Below are positions 18,010 to 26,618 of a DNA stretch of 53,182 bases, piece after piece. The DNA is from Nitrospiraceae bacterium (GTDB taxonomy: Bacteria > Nitrospirota > Nitrospiria > Nitrospirales > Nitrospiraceae). Numbering within the stretch: the stretch's first letter is position 1; the number at the start of each line of letters is the position of its first letter. The stretch covers positions 1 through 53,182 of the forward strand of contig JBBIQV010000017.1 in assembly GCA_037442105.1 (NCBI GenBank), in the 5' to 3' direction. Made by a program: the position numbers and the translations under genes. The notes beneath the pieces are model-generated. The model had not been told where the DNA came from. It worked only from the letters and a program-made list of their open reading frames with translations, and did no database searches.

Positions 18010-18347
18010 CGGAGTCCTTCCTTCCTGATCTTGTCCGCCAAACGGTGCCCCTCAAGCTGGATCACGTCCACCTCCCGGCCAAGCTCCCGAGAGAGCCACG
18101 CGATGGCCGGGAAAAAGTCCTTATCGTGAAGCCCCACGAACGCCACATCGACATCCGAATCGTCTTGAAACCGCTTGCCGCCGAGCACCGACCCAAACAC
18201 ATAGGCCTCCTGAAACCGGATGATTGCAGCCAGCCGAGGCAAGAGTTCCCACATCTGCTTGAGCACCGCCTGCCGCTCGGCTTCTCGCCTCGTCCGGCGG
18301 GCACACTGCACGTCATTGAGAAGGTCACACGAGAAGGCCCGTGCCAT
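17991..18347 (-). CDS. Minimal nucleotidyltransferase (orphan MNT)
   Basis: AYVFGSVL...DSDVDVAF, LGREVDVIQL, IRKEG. Confidence 0.87.
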   Translation of the reverse strand: MARAFSCDLLNDVQCARRTRREAERQAVLKQMWELLPRLAAIIRFQEAYVFGSVLGGKRFQDDSDVDVAFVGLHDKDFFPAIAWLSRELGREVDVIQLEGHRLADKIRKEGLRWTRQS

Positions 18348-18357
18348 GCGGCGTGAC

Positions 18358-18392
18358 TCCCTTATCCCGTTATCCCCTTACCCCGTTACCCA
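18358..18392. repeat. Heptamer tandem repeat (CCCTTAT/CCGTTAC type) at gene end
   Basis: cccttatcccgttatccccttaccccgttaccc. Confidence 0.7.
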
Positions 18393-19401
18393 GAATTTTC
18401 ACGAGCCTTGCGGCCGCCTCGAACACCTCGTCCACGGAAATGAGGCGCATGCAGTTGTTTTCACCGCGCCGGCAGTCGGGATGAAAGCAGGCCCGGCAAT
18501 CCATTCCCTTGTAAAGCACCGCCTGCCGTTCGGTCAACGGTCCCCACTCGGCCGGATTGGACGGGCCGAACAGCGCGACGACGGGCGTGCCGACGGCCGC
18601 CGCCACGTGCATCGCTCCACTGTCGTTGCCGATGAACACTGAACATCGTTTCAGCATGGAGGCGAATTGGAGCAATGTCGCGCAACCGGCAACCACAGTG
18701 GGAGATGACCGGGCCCGACGGGCGATCTCCTCAGCCATCGTCCGATCCTGCGGCCCTCCTCCAACCAATACTCGACATCCATAGCACTCGGTTAACCGAT
18801 CCGCCAATTCGGCAAACCGTTCGGCCGGCCAGGCCTTGAACCAATACCGTGCGCCGGGATGCAGCATAACCAGCGGCCGAGTGAGGTCGCCAGCGCCCAC
18901 GGCCACCTTTTCCAACAGCCGGCCTGCTTCTTCCTCGTCCAATGCAGACGTTCTCAGAACCGGCAGGCTCGGTTTCGCTTCAATACCCAGCGCCTTCGCT
19001 GCCGCAAGATCGCGCTCCGCACGATGTCCCGCCGGCGGGTTCACGATCTCGGTATACAGCACCCCCCGCCACCGATGTTCGTCGTTGAATCCGATCCGGA
19101 CCGGGGCGCCGCTCAACCAGGTCATAACCGCCGATCGATCTGCATCCGTCAGATCGATCACGCAATCGAATCGGCAGCGGCGGATCTCCGAGAGAAATCG
19201 CAACTGCGTCCTCCACGATCCCTTCTCAACCGCAAGCACTTCATCGACGTCAGGATGGTGGGCAAGGATGTCTTCGGTCCCTCGGTTGACTGCCACCGTG
19301 AGCCTACTCTGAGGATTCGCCGCCTTGAGCGAGTGAAGTACCGGCGTGGCGAGCAGGACATCGCCGATATACCGGAGCTTGATGACCAGGATGTTCTTCA
19401 T
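18370..19401 (-). CDS. GT9 LPS heptosyltransferase (WaaQ/heptosyltransferase III-like)
   Basis: ILVIKLRYIGDVLL, HPGARYWFKAWP, GNDSGAMHVAAAVGTP, ALFGP. Confidence 0.88.
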   Translation of the reverse strand: MKNILVIKLRYIGDVLLATPVLHSLKAANPQSRLTVAVNRGTEDILAHHPDVDEVLAVEKGSWRTQLRFLSEIRRCRFDCVIDLTDADRSAVMTWLSGAPVRIGFNDEHRWRGVLYTEIVNPPAGHRAERDLAAAKALGIEAKPSLPVLRTSALDEEEAGRLLEKVAVGAGDLTRPLVMLHPGARYWFKAWPAERFAELADRLTECYGCRVLVGGGPQDRTMAEEIARRARSSPTVVAGCATLLQFASMLKRCSVFIGNDSGAMHVAAAVGTPVVALFGPSNPAEWGPLTERQAVLYKGMDCRACFHPDCRRGENNCMRLISVDEVFEAAARLVKILGNGVRG

Positions 19402-19412
19402 AGATATGCTAT

Positions 19413-19480
19413 GAAGCTGTCAGCTTTCAGCATTCAGCCGGAACGTATTTCCAAACTGACCGCTGACGGCTGATAGCTTC
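19413..19480. repeat. Inverted pair of heptamer arrays (TCAGCxx / GCTGAxx)
   Basis: gaagctgtcagctttcagcattcagc ... ctgaccgctgacggctgatagcttc. Confidence 0.85.
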
Positions 19481-19484
19481 CCAG

Positions 19485-20591
19485 CTACTTACTACACACT
19501 TCCCTATACACCGCCAGCGTCCGCTGCGCCGCCCGCTCCCACGTACATTGCCGGACCCGCGCAAAGCCTTTCTGTCTGAGGGACTCTCGCAACCCGGTGT
19601 CGTTGAGCACACAGACCATGGCCTTGCCTAATGCATCCGCATCCTCCGGATTTACCAACACCGCCGCGTCTCCCGCGATTTCAGGCAAAGCTGAGGTGTT
19701 GGACGTGATCACTGGTGCTCCGCAGGCCATCGCCTCCAACACCGGCATGCCGAAGCCTTCGTACAACGAGGGAAACACGAACAGATCTGCGTGGGCATAC
19801 AGCAGCCGTAAATCGGCGACGGCAAGCCATCCTGTACAGCGGACCTGCTGCTCAATCCCAAGGGCACGGGCGGTCTCGTGATAGTTCCCGAACCGGTGGA
19901 CTTCATCCCCCACCAGCACCAGTGTTCTTCCTCCCAGCTTTGCCTCCTGCTGCGCGGCAGCCTTGAGGAAGGTCCGGTGGTTCTTTCGCGGATCGGCCCC
20001 GCCGACAAACAGCACGAATCGTCCCGCCGGCAATTGCAGCCGCTGCCGGAGTCGTTCCATCACCTCCTGATCGCGCTGAGGTCGAAACTCTTCCGACACG
20101 CCGTTGTGAATGGTGACGATCCGTTCCGGCGGCAATCCGTAGAGCGCCGTGATCTCGCGGGCCGAGAAGCCCGACACCGTGATGACCCTGCGCGCGCGCC
20201 ACACGGTGCGTCGCGTCCGCGCAAAAGCCGCTCGTTGTCCGAACAGCTTCGGGGAATATTCAGGATATCGGTCGAGCCACACATCGTGCACGGTCACAAC
20301 ACCGCCGCACCGCCCTTCCGTAAGCATCTTGAAGTTCGGCCCGTGAAACAGGTCCAGTCGATCCATCCGCCCGCGCCAACGCAGCATCAACCGTCCGGCT
20401 TCCTTCCACGTCAGGCGGGAGTCCTGCATCCAAGGTTCGCGATCCATCCGGTTGAGCGTTCCCGGTGCCAGGTAACACACCAGCTCAACGTCTTCCTTCA
20501 GCGTCAGGAGTCCCTTGAGCAAATGGTAGAGATGCCACCCCACGCCGCCACGGTCGCCAGCGAGAGGGTTCGCATCAATTCCGATCCGCAC
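19485..20591 (-). CDS. Glycosyltransferase family 4
   Basis: [29 protein letters not shown]. Confidence 0.92.
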   Translation of the reverse strand: MRIGIDANPLAGDRGGVGWHLYHLLKGLLTLKEDVELVCYLAPGTLNRMDREPWMQDSRLTWKEAGRLMLRWRGRMDRLDLFHGPNFKMLTEGRCGGVVTVHDVWLDRYPEYSPKLFGQRAAFARTRRTVWRARRVITVSGFSAREITALYGLPPERIVTIHNGVSEEFRPQRDQEVMERLRQRLQLPAGRFVLFVGGADPRKNHRTFLKAAAQQEAKLGGRTLVLVGDEVHRFGNYHETARALGIEQQVRCTGWLAVADLRLLYAHADLFVFPSLYEGFGMPVLEAMACGAPVITSNTSALPEIAGDAAVLVNPEDADALGKAMVCVLNDTGLRESLRQKGFARVRQCTWERAAQRTLAVYREVCSK

Positions 20592-20593
20592 GA

Positions 20594-21370
20594 TTAGCCT
20601 CGTGCCTCGCGCCTCGTGCCTCGCGTCAGCAGCATTTCGTACGCTTTCGCATACTTCACGAAGGTATGCATGCCGGCGAACATCGCAACGATCAAACCGC
20701 GAATCCCATCTTTGTACCCCCCGCGCAGAAGATAGGTTTTGAGGATCGTACCAAGATGATTGGCGGCGAGGTCCAGCACAGAGACTCCTGGGGTCGATTT
20801 CAATTTTTCCAGAGCCCCGAGCGTGGTGTACCCCATCATCTTTTTGACGTGGTGGCCGATCGTCGGCATGCTGTCGTGGTCCATGGGGTGGCGCAGGCGC
20901 TCGATGCGCCCCCGGAGCCGTAAGTTCTCGTGGAGCTGCGTATCGTCATAGCGGCCGGCCGTCTTGTGGAACAGCCGCAACTGATAATCCGGGTACATTC
21001 CCCCGCCCTGCATCCAGCGGCCGTAAAAAAAGTTCCGCCGGGGAATTTCGTAGCCGGCGATCCCGACCGGCGGGCCGGTCTTCAACACCGCCTGGATTTC
21101 CTCGCGCAGCGCCGGTGTGATCCGTTCGTCCGCATCCACGATCAGGATCCACTCCGCCCCGGCCTGCTCGATCCCGAAATTTTTTTGCGGTCCGTAGCCG
21201 GGCCACGGCCTGACATGAACCTGCGCGGCGTGCCGTTTCGCGATCTCGACCGTCCGGTCCCGGCTTTCCGCATCCACCACAATGCGCTCGTCCGCCCATC
21301 GCACGGACTCCAGGCAGGCCGCAATGTTTCGCTCTTCGTTCTTGGTAATCACAATGGCTGCGACCGACAT
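20594..21370 (-). CDS. Glycosyltransferase family 2 (LPS core, KdtX/WaaE-like)
   Basis: ITKNEERNI, ILIVDADE, YPDYQLRLF. Confidence 0.9.
   Translation of the reverse strand: MSVAAIVITKNEERNIAACLESVRWADERIVVDAESRDRTVEIAKRHAAQVHVRPWPGYGPQKNFGIEQAGAEWILIVDADERITPALREEIQAVLKTGPPVGIAGYEIPRRNFFYGRWMQGGGMYPDYQLRLFHKTAGRYDDTQLHENLRLRGRIERLRHPMDHDSMPTIGHHVKKMMGYTTLGALEKLKSTPGVSVLDLAANHLGTILKTYLLRGGYKDGIRGLIVAMFAGMHTFVKYAKAYEMLLTRGTRREARG
20597..20625. repeat. Heptamer tandem repeat GCCTCGT/GCCTCGC encoding the C-terminus
   Basis: gcctcgtgcctcgcgcctcgtgcctcgcg. Confidence 0.75.
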
Positions 21371-21377
21371 CTTTGTC

Positions 21378-22223
21378 TTATCCTCGAAATCCCCGCTTGG
21401 CGACTGCCCTGTAAAACGACGGCTCAAGCCACCGGTTGCGTCCCGGTTTCAGCTTCGGATACCGGCTGACGCGCTCGCGCATGACGGCCGGATGCGTTCC
21501 GGTGAAATTTTTCATGATGTCGTACTCTTCGAACTCGTAGGCGTCTTTGGCCAGCATCCGCGCCTGTTCCTCGCCCGGCTGTTCGCCGTGATGCCGTGCC
21601 ACCTGGTATCGAAACTTCTCCAACAACACTTTCGGCTGTTTCACCCAGCCGTAATGAAAGACCGTTGCGCCGGACGGACGCAGCCGGTCCTTGTGCGCGG
21701 TTTGCAAGTACCCCTGGTCCGCCTTCAGGCAGAACCCGACTGCGTCACCGAAGGACTCCACCTGACCGTCGTTGCGGATGATGCGGATGGCGCGATGGTA
21801 GAACCAGGGATTGAGCGAATAATAATCCCCGTAGAAATGCAGATACTGGAACGTCAGCCCCAGCACGGTAGGATCAGCCAGATAGTCCCGCATGGCCTTT
21901 CGGATGGTCTCGTAGTCGGCTTCGTGCAGCACTTCATCGGCTTGTAAATACAGCGCCCAATCTCCGGTGCAACGGGCCAGCGCTTTGTTGGTTTCGATGG
22001 AAAACAGCAGCCCGTCCTTTTTCAGGTTGTCGTCCCAGAACGACTCCACGATGCGGATCTTCTCCGAGCCGATCGAGCGGATCAGCTCCAACGTGCCGTC
22101 GTCCGACTGCCCGACGTTGACGACAAATTCATCCACGACCAGCAGGGCGGACCGGATGACCTCGACAATGGGATAATCAAACTTGACGGCGTTGCGACAG
22201 ATCGTGAACCCGCTGACTTTCAT
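21378..22223 (-). CDS. Glycosyltransferase family 2
   Basis: MKVSGFTICRNAVKFDYP, YLQADEVLHE, FHYGWV. Confidence 0.88.
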   Translation of the reverse strand: MKVSGFTICRNAVKFDYPIVEVIRSALLVVDEFVVNVGQSDDGTLELIRSIGSEKIRIVESFWDDNLKKDGLLFSIETNKALARCTGDWALYLQADEVLHEADYETIRKAMRDYLADPTVLGLTFQYLHFYGDYYSLNPWFYHRAIRIIRNDGQVESFGDAVGFCLKADQGYLQTAHKDRLRPSGATVFHYGWVKQPKVLLEKFRYQVARHHGEQPGEEQARMLAKDAYEFEEYDIMKNFTGTHPAVMRERVSRYPKLKPGRNRWLEPSFYRAVAKRGFRG

Positions 22224-22813
22224 GTGCCACTGCCTTGCTCTTTCTGAGGTTCAGGCGCCGGCACCTCGAACACCTCCCACAGCGGCACCTCGATCCCTTC
22301 CAACGCCCGAAGTGCCAGCACCTCGGCGGCCCCCAAGAGATCTGGTCCTTTGAACCGTCCCTCCTCCAACCAATAGCGTTCGATCAGCAGTTCTTCGGGA
22401 TGCACAATGACATACTCGCGCACCCCAAACCGCTCGTACAGCACCTTCTTCTCCCGCTTGTCCTTGAGCGCCGTGGATGGGGACAGCACCTCGACGATGA
22501 CATCCGGCGCGCCATGGATCCGATCCCGGACTTTGGTTTGGTCACACACCACCAGCACATCGGGCTGGACGAAGTTGTAATCATCGAGATAGACATCAAG
22601 TGGTGCGATGAAGACCAGACATGGCTTGCCCGCCAGCCTGTCCGCTACTTTGCGATAGAAGTTCCCGGCAAGAATCTGATGCCTCGGCGTCGGCGAGGGC
22701 GTCATATCGTAAGCTTCCCCGTCAATGACCTCCCACCGTTCCTCATCCGGCCAGGTCTCGTAGTCCTGCCAGGTGTATTTCACACCGGCACGCTGTTTCG
22801 GTTGGGGTCCCAT
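22220..22813 (-). CDS. Uma2-family PD-(D/E)xK endonuclease
   Basis: RWEVIDG, PSPTPRHQ, VQPDVLVVCD, APDVIVEVLSPST, GVREY. Confidence 0.92.
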   Translation of the reverse strand: MGPQPKQRAGVKYTWQDYETWPDEERWEVIDGEAYDMTPSPTPRHQILAGNFYRKVADRLAGKPCLVFIAPLDVYLDDYNFVQPDVLVVCDQTKVRDRIHGAPDVIVEVLSPSTALKDKREKKVLYERFGVREYVIVHPEELLIERYWLEEGRFKGPDLLGAAEVLALRALEGIEVPLWEVFEVPAPEPQKEQGSGT

Positions 22814-22824
22814 GAGCCCTCCTC

Positions 22825-23589
22825 TCACCGGCCTTTCGCCCGTTGGGGGTTCTGTTCCCAGAACTTGGCGTACTTCACGAACGTGTAATAGGCATAGAGC
22901 CCCGAGAGAATCAAGCCCGGCATGCCGTCGAGGAAACCGGCGCGGGCGACGTACATCTTCAGAAACGTCCCGAGCGGATGCGTCACGAGTTGGTGCGCAT
23001 GAAAGCGCCGCCCTTGTTCAACCATCCGCTTGGCCATCAGCTCGGAATAGCGATCCTGTTTGGCGAGATACTGGTCGATATCGCGAAACGGAATTTGGAG
23101 CGCGGCATTCTTCAGATAGCCGATACGCCCATCCAGATCGAAACTTTCATGCACCGCTTCGTCGCGATACCGCAGGCGGCTTTTCCGGAAGAGCTGCGGC
23201 TGCCGGTAATCCGGATACCAGCCGCAATGTTTGATCCAGCGGCCGAGAAAATAGTTGCGTCGCGGCACGAAGTAGGCATCGGCATCCGGGCCTCGGTTGA
23301 GCAAGCCCCGGATCTCATCTCGAAGCTCAGGCGTCATCCGCTCATCCGTGTCGAGACTGAAGACCCAATCATGAGTCGTGAGGGAAACGGCCTCGTTTCG
23401 CAGCCGACCGAACCCGTGGAAGTCAACCTGGTACACCTTGTCCGTGAACTCACGGCTAATCTTCTCCGTCGCATCGGTGCTGTGGGAATCCACCACCACG
23501 AGTTCGTCCGCCCAGGAGACGGACTCCAGGCAGGCACGCATGTTCGGTTCATCGTTGTACGCAATCACATAGACCGAGAGTTGAGCCAT
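22825..23589 (-). CDS. Glycosyltransferase family 2 (LPS core)
   Basis: VVVDSHSTD, SLDTDE, GWYPDY, GFLDGMPG. Confidence 0.9.
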   Translation of the reverse strand: MAQLSVYVIAYNDEPNMRACLESVSWADELVVVDSHSTDATEKISREFTDKVYQVDFHGFGRLRNEAVSLTTHDWVFSLDTDERMTPELRDEIRGLLNRGPDADAYFVPRRNYFLGRWIKHCGWYPDYRQPQLFRKSRLRYRDEAVHESFDLDGRIGYLKNAALQIPFRDIDQYLAKQDRYSELMAKRMVEQGRRFHAHQLVTHPLGTFLKMYVARAGFLDGMPGLILSGLYAYYTFVKYAKFWEQNPQRAKGR

Positions 23590-23613
23590 GCGGCCTTATC
23601 CCCCTTGACCCCG

Positions 23614-24717
23614 CTATCCCGCTAGCACGCTCTTATAGACCCGCTCCAGCTCATCCAGCATCCGGTCCAATGAATAGGACCGCTCGACCAGCGCCCGCCC
23701 CTGCTTGCCCATCCGAGAACGGAGCGCCTGGTCGTTCAGCAGAACGACAATCCGGTCTGCCAGACTCCTGGCATCCCGTGGCGGCACAACAAAGCCCGTC
23801 TCGCCATCGATCACGACATCGGGGATGGACCCGACGGTTGTCGACACGACCGGCAGCCCCATGGCCAGCGCCTGCATGAGCACCTGCGGAATCGTGTCTC
23901 CTTCCACCGACGGAATGACGAATACGTCGAGGGAACGAAAGACATTCAGCAGATCGTCGCGGAATCCCAGCATGCGAATCCGGTCGGAGAGCCGCGCTTC
24001 CTGAATGCTCGCCCTGATTCTGGATTCCTCCGGTCCCTCCCCCACAACCAGGAACGTCACGTCCGCCCTCTGTCGCGCCACCGACTTCGCCGCTTCCACA
24101 TAATATTCGTGGCCCTTGTACGAACGCAGGTAAGAAATCAACCCGACGAGCAGATGCCCGGACGGGAGACCGAGTTCCACTCGCAAATCTCGATCGGGCG
24201 CAGCCGGCCGAAAATACTCCACATCGATGCCGATCGGAAAAGCTGCCACACGATGAGGGTCGAGCCCATCCCGTTCGATCAGATCTCGTCTCGTGCGCTC
24301 CCCTCCCGTGACGATGACGAAGTCGAACAGGTGTTTGTAGAGTACGCGCGTGGTGAGAGTTCGATTCAATGGCGTGGAGATATGTCTCGTCCGGATAACT
24401 TTGGGACGATGGCTCACCAGCCGGCCGGCCACGCTGCCGATCCAACTGTCGCGTGAACTGTTCACATGGAGGACGTCGGGCCGAAAGCGTCGAATCACGC
24501 GCCTGAACGTCTGAATGGCAGTCGGATAGTGTGATCGAGCCATCCGAACCGTCTCCACCGGTATGCCCTTGCTGCACGCCATCTCGCAGATCGGGCTTTC
24601 CGGTTCGACGATCAGCCGCAACTCATGGCCCCGTTTGAGCAGGCCCTCGGCATGAAGTGCCACCGCCAGTTCCTGGCCACCCACGGTCGTGCTGGATTCA
24701 GCGACGAGGATCCTCAT
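23614..24717 (-). CDS. Glycosyltransferase family 4
   Basis: GGQE, KGHEY, MLGFRDD, ALAMGLPVVST. Confidence 0.9.
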   Translation of the reverse strand: MRILVAESSTTVGGQELAVALHAEGLLKRGHELRLIVEPESPICEMACSKGIPVETVRMARSHYPTAIQTFRRVIRRFRPDVLHVNSSRDSWIGSVAGRLVSHRPKVIRTRHISTPLNRTLTTRVLYKHLFDFVIVTGGERTRRDLIERDGLDPHRVAAFPIGIDVEYFRPAAPDRDLRVELGLPSGHLLVGLISYLRSYKGHEYYVEAAKSVARQRADVTFLVVGEGPEESRIRASIQEARLSDRIRMLGFRDDLLNVFRSLDVFVIPSVEGDTIPQVLMQALAMGLPVVSTTVGSIPDVVIDGETGFVVPPRDARSLADRIVVLLNDQALRSRMGKQGRALVERSYSLDRMLDELERVYKSVLAG

Positions 24718-25109
24718 GGTTCTCTGATCTCTCCTTGGGCCAAGTAGGTCTGAATGGCCTGAAGAAATCGGTCGGCTTGGGCCAACATCCGTTCGGCTTC
24801 GTCGCGCGGGAAATCAATCCGATAATCGTAGTCCCCGATGTTCCGAGTGGTGAAACCGGCGTGAAGCACCTGATGGAGTTCTTGCGGAAAGATGCCCGTT
24901 TTCACAAAATGTTCCCAGAACCCTGAGATCACGCCACTATGTTTCGAGTAGGACAGTCCTTTGGCCAGTAGCACCCCCTCCGCCATATAAAACATGGCGT
25001 AGTACGCTCGCGAGGCACTAAAATCGTAATCCCCTTCTTGAAAATTCCGTTGAGCCGTCTTCAGGCTTCTTCTCGCCTTCAAGATCAGCCGCCGGACTTC
25101 TTCGTTCAT
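24714..25109 (-). CDS. HEPN domain protein (UPF0332-like)
   Basis: SASRAYYAMFY, SKHSGVIS, RNIGDY. Confidence 0.88.
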   Translation of the reverse strand: MNEEVRRLILKARRSLKTAQRNFQEGDYDFSASRAYYAMFYMAEGVLLAKGLSYSKHSGVISGFWEHFVKTGIFPQELHQVLHAGFTTRNIGDYDYRIDFPRDEAERMLAQADRFLQAIQTYLAQGEIREP

Positions 25110-25110
25110 G

Positions 25111-25461
25111 TCAAACCGGGATTCCTTCCCGACGGAGGTTATGGACAAAAGGCGTCACCGGCGTCAGGAAGTCTTCAGCCTTGATGGGAACCACGGACAG
25201 CACGATCGGGACACCGGAACCGAATGTCACGTTATAGGCGATGGCTTCCAATCTCCGTACTTCGTCCCAAAAATCCTTCATCTCCTTCAACACCACCAGC
25301 AGATCCACATCGGATTCGGCTACCCAGTCGCCTCGTGCTCTGGACCCATACAGGATGACCCGGTCGAGGTTCCCTCCATAGGTCGCCTCTACTTCCTTTC
25401 GAAAACGAGCGATGATCACCTGCCAGGGCTGGTTGCTTGTCGAATCCGCATGGCCGTCCAT
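25111..25461 (-). CDS. Minimal nucleotidyltransferase (MNT)
   Basis: VILYGSRARGD...SDVDLLVVL, NLRREGI. Confidence 0.9.
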   Translation of the reverse strand: MDGHADSTSNQPWQVIIARFRKEVEATYGGNLDRVILYGSRARGDWVAESDVDLLVVLKEMKDFWDEVRRLEAIAYNVTFGSGVPIVLSVVPIKAEDFLTPVTPFVHNLRREGIPV

Positions 25462-26516
25462 GGTGTTTCTCCCTTTGTGGCGTTATCTGGACGATGATGA
25501 GGCGCGAGGAGACGAGTCGCTTCCCGCACCACCACCTCGGATGCAATCTCCTTCAAGCACACTAATGGTTCCCCATTCCGGCATATCCGGCTGAAGCACG
25601 GACTGCACGGAGTCGGATGGGTCAGCACCGCATGGCCTGGCCCATAAGGGCCGGTGCGCATCGGACTGGTCGGTCCGAAGAGCGCGATGACCGGCGTCCC
25701 CACCGCCGCCGCCACATGCATCGGTCCGGAATCATTCGTGATCAAGAGGGCTGCCCGCCTGAGCAGCGACGGAAGAAGGCCGATCGCGATGGCACCGGTC
25801 AGATCTATCGGGCTGGTCTCCATCAAGCGCTTCACCTGCTCGACGTCCGCATACTCGTCCGCTCCCCCGACCACTGCAACCTGTGCCAGCCCGTCACGCT
25901 GGATGTGATCGGCCACGGCCGAGAACGACGCAGCGGGCCAGCGCTTCGTGGGCCAGCGGGCCGAGACCTGCACGGCAATCCACGGCATCCCCGCTGCCAA
26001 ACCCTTCTGCCGCATGAGGGCCTCGATCCGATCGCGGTCGGAATCGGTTTCCTGCAGCCGGAACTGAGGCTCGCCGGCCTGCTTTGCGCCCACCGCCTCA
26101 GCCACGAGCAGATAGCGATCGACCGCATGCATGTCGGGAGCCGGCACGGTCACGCGCGTCGTATAGAACCAAGGACTGCCTTCACGCCCGTTGGCAAACC
26201 CGATTCTGTCCGGACACCCGCTCAGCCGGCTCATGACCGCGCTGCGCAACAAGCCTTGCAGATCGATCACGAGATCGAATCGCTCCGCGCGCAGCGCGTG
26301 AACTTGCGAGAGCCAGCCCGCAAGACCTGGATCAACCGGCCAAACACGATCCACTCCCTCCGCCCGCTCCACGAGGCCGGCCCATTGGCTTTTGACCAAC
26401 CACGTGAGCTTCGCCTGCGGGTATTGCTGTTTCAAGACATGAACAACCGGCAACGCGTGCACGATGTCGCCCATCGAACTGGGCTTGATGAGGAGAATGC
26501 GACGGTAGTCGGGCAT
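25416..26516 (-). CDS. GT9 LPS heptosyltransferase (WaaC-like)
   Basis: ILLIKPSSMGDIVHALP, DLQGLLRS, TNDSGPMH. Confidence 0.88.
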   Translation of the reverse strand: MPDYRRILLIKPSSMGDIVHALPVVHVLKQQYPQAKLTWLVKSQWAGLVERAEGVDRVWPVDPGLAGWLSQVHALRAERFDLVIDLQGLLRSAVMSRLSGCPDRIGFANGREGSPWFYTTRVTVPAPDMHAVDRYLLVAEAVGAKQAGEPQFRLQETDSDRDRIEALMRQKGLAAGMPWIAVQVSARWPTKRWPAASFSAVADHIQRDGLAQVAVVGGADEYADVEQVKRLMETSPIDLTGAIAIGLLPSLLRRAALLITNDSGPMHVAAAVGTPVIALFGPTSPMRTGPYGPGHAVLTHPTPCSPCFSRICRNGEPLVCLKEIASEVVVREATRLLAPHHRPDNATKGETPWTAMRIRQATSPGR

Positions 26517-26520
26517 GGTA

Positions 26521-26618
26521 AGCTTTCAGCTTTCAGCCATCAGCTTTCAGCGAAGAGGAAATGTCGATGCCATCCTTTGTGTCTTTCAATTCCGGCTGAC
26601 GGCTGATCGCTGATAGCT
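26521..26618. repeat. Inverted pair of heptamer arrays (TCAGCxx / GCTGAxx)
   Basis: agctttcagctttcagccatcagctttcagc ... ggctgacggctgatcgctgatagct. Confidence 0.85.

Noticed and set aside
16958..18055. Long N-terminal extensions in the ORF track (this GT2, also fabZ, thiL, M23 peptidase)
   Set aside because: Extensions overlap upstream genes or relics; family similarity begins at internal starts.
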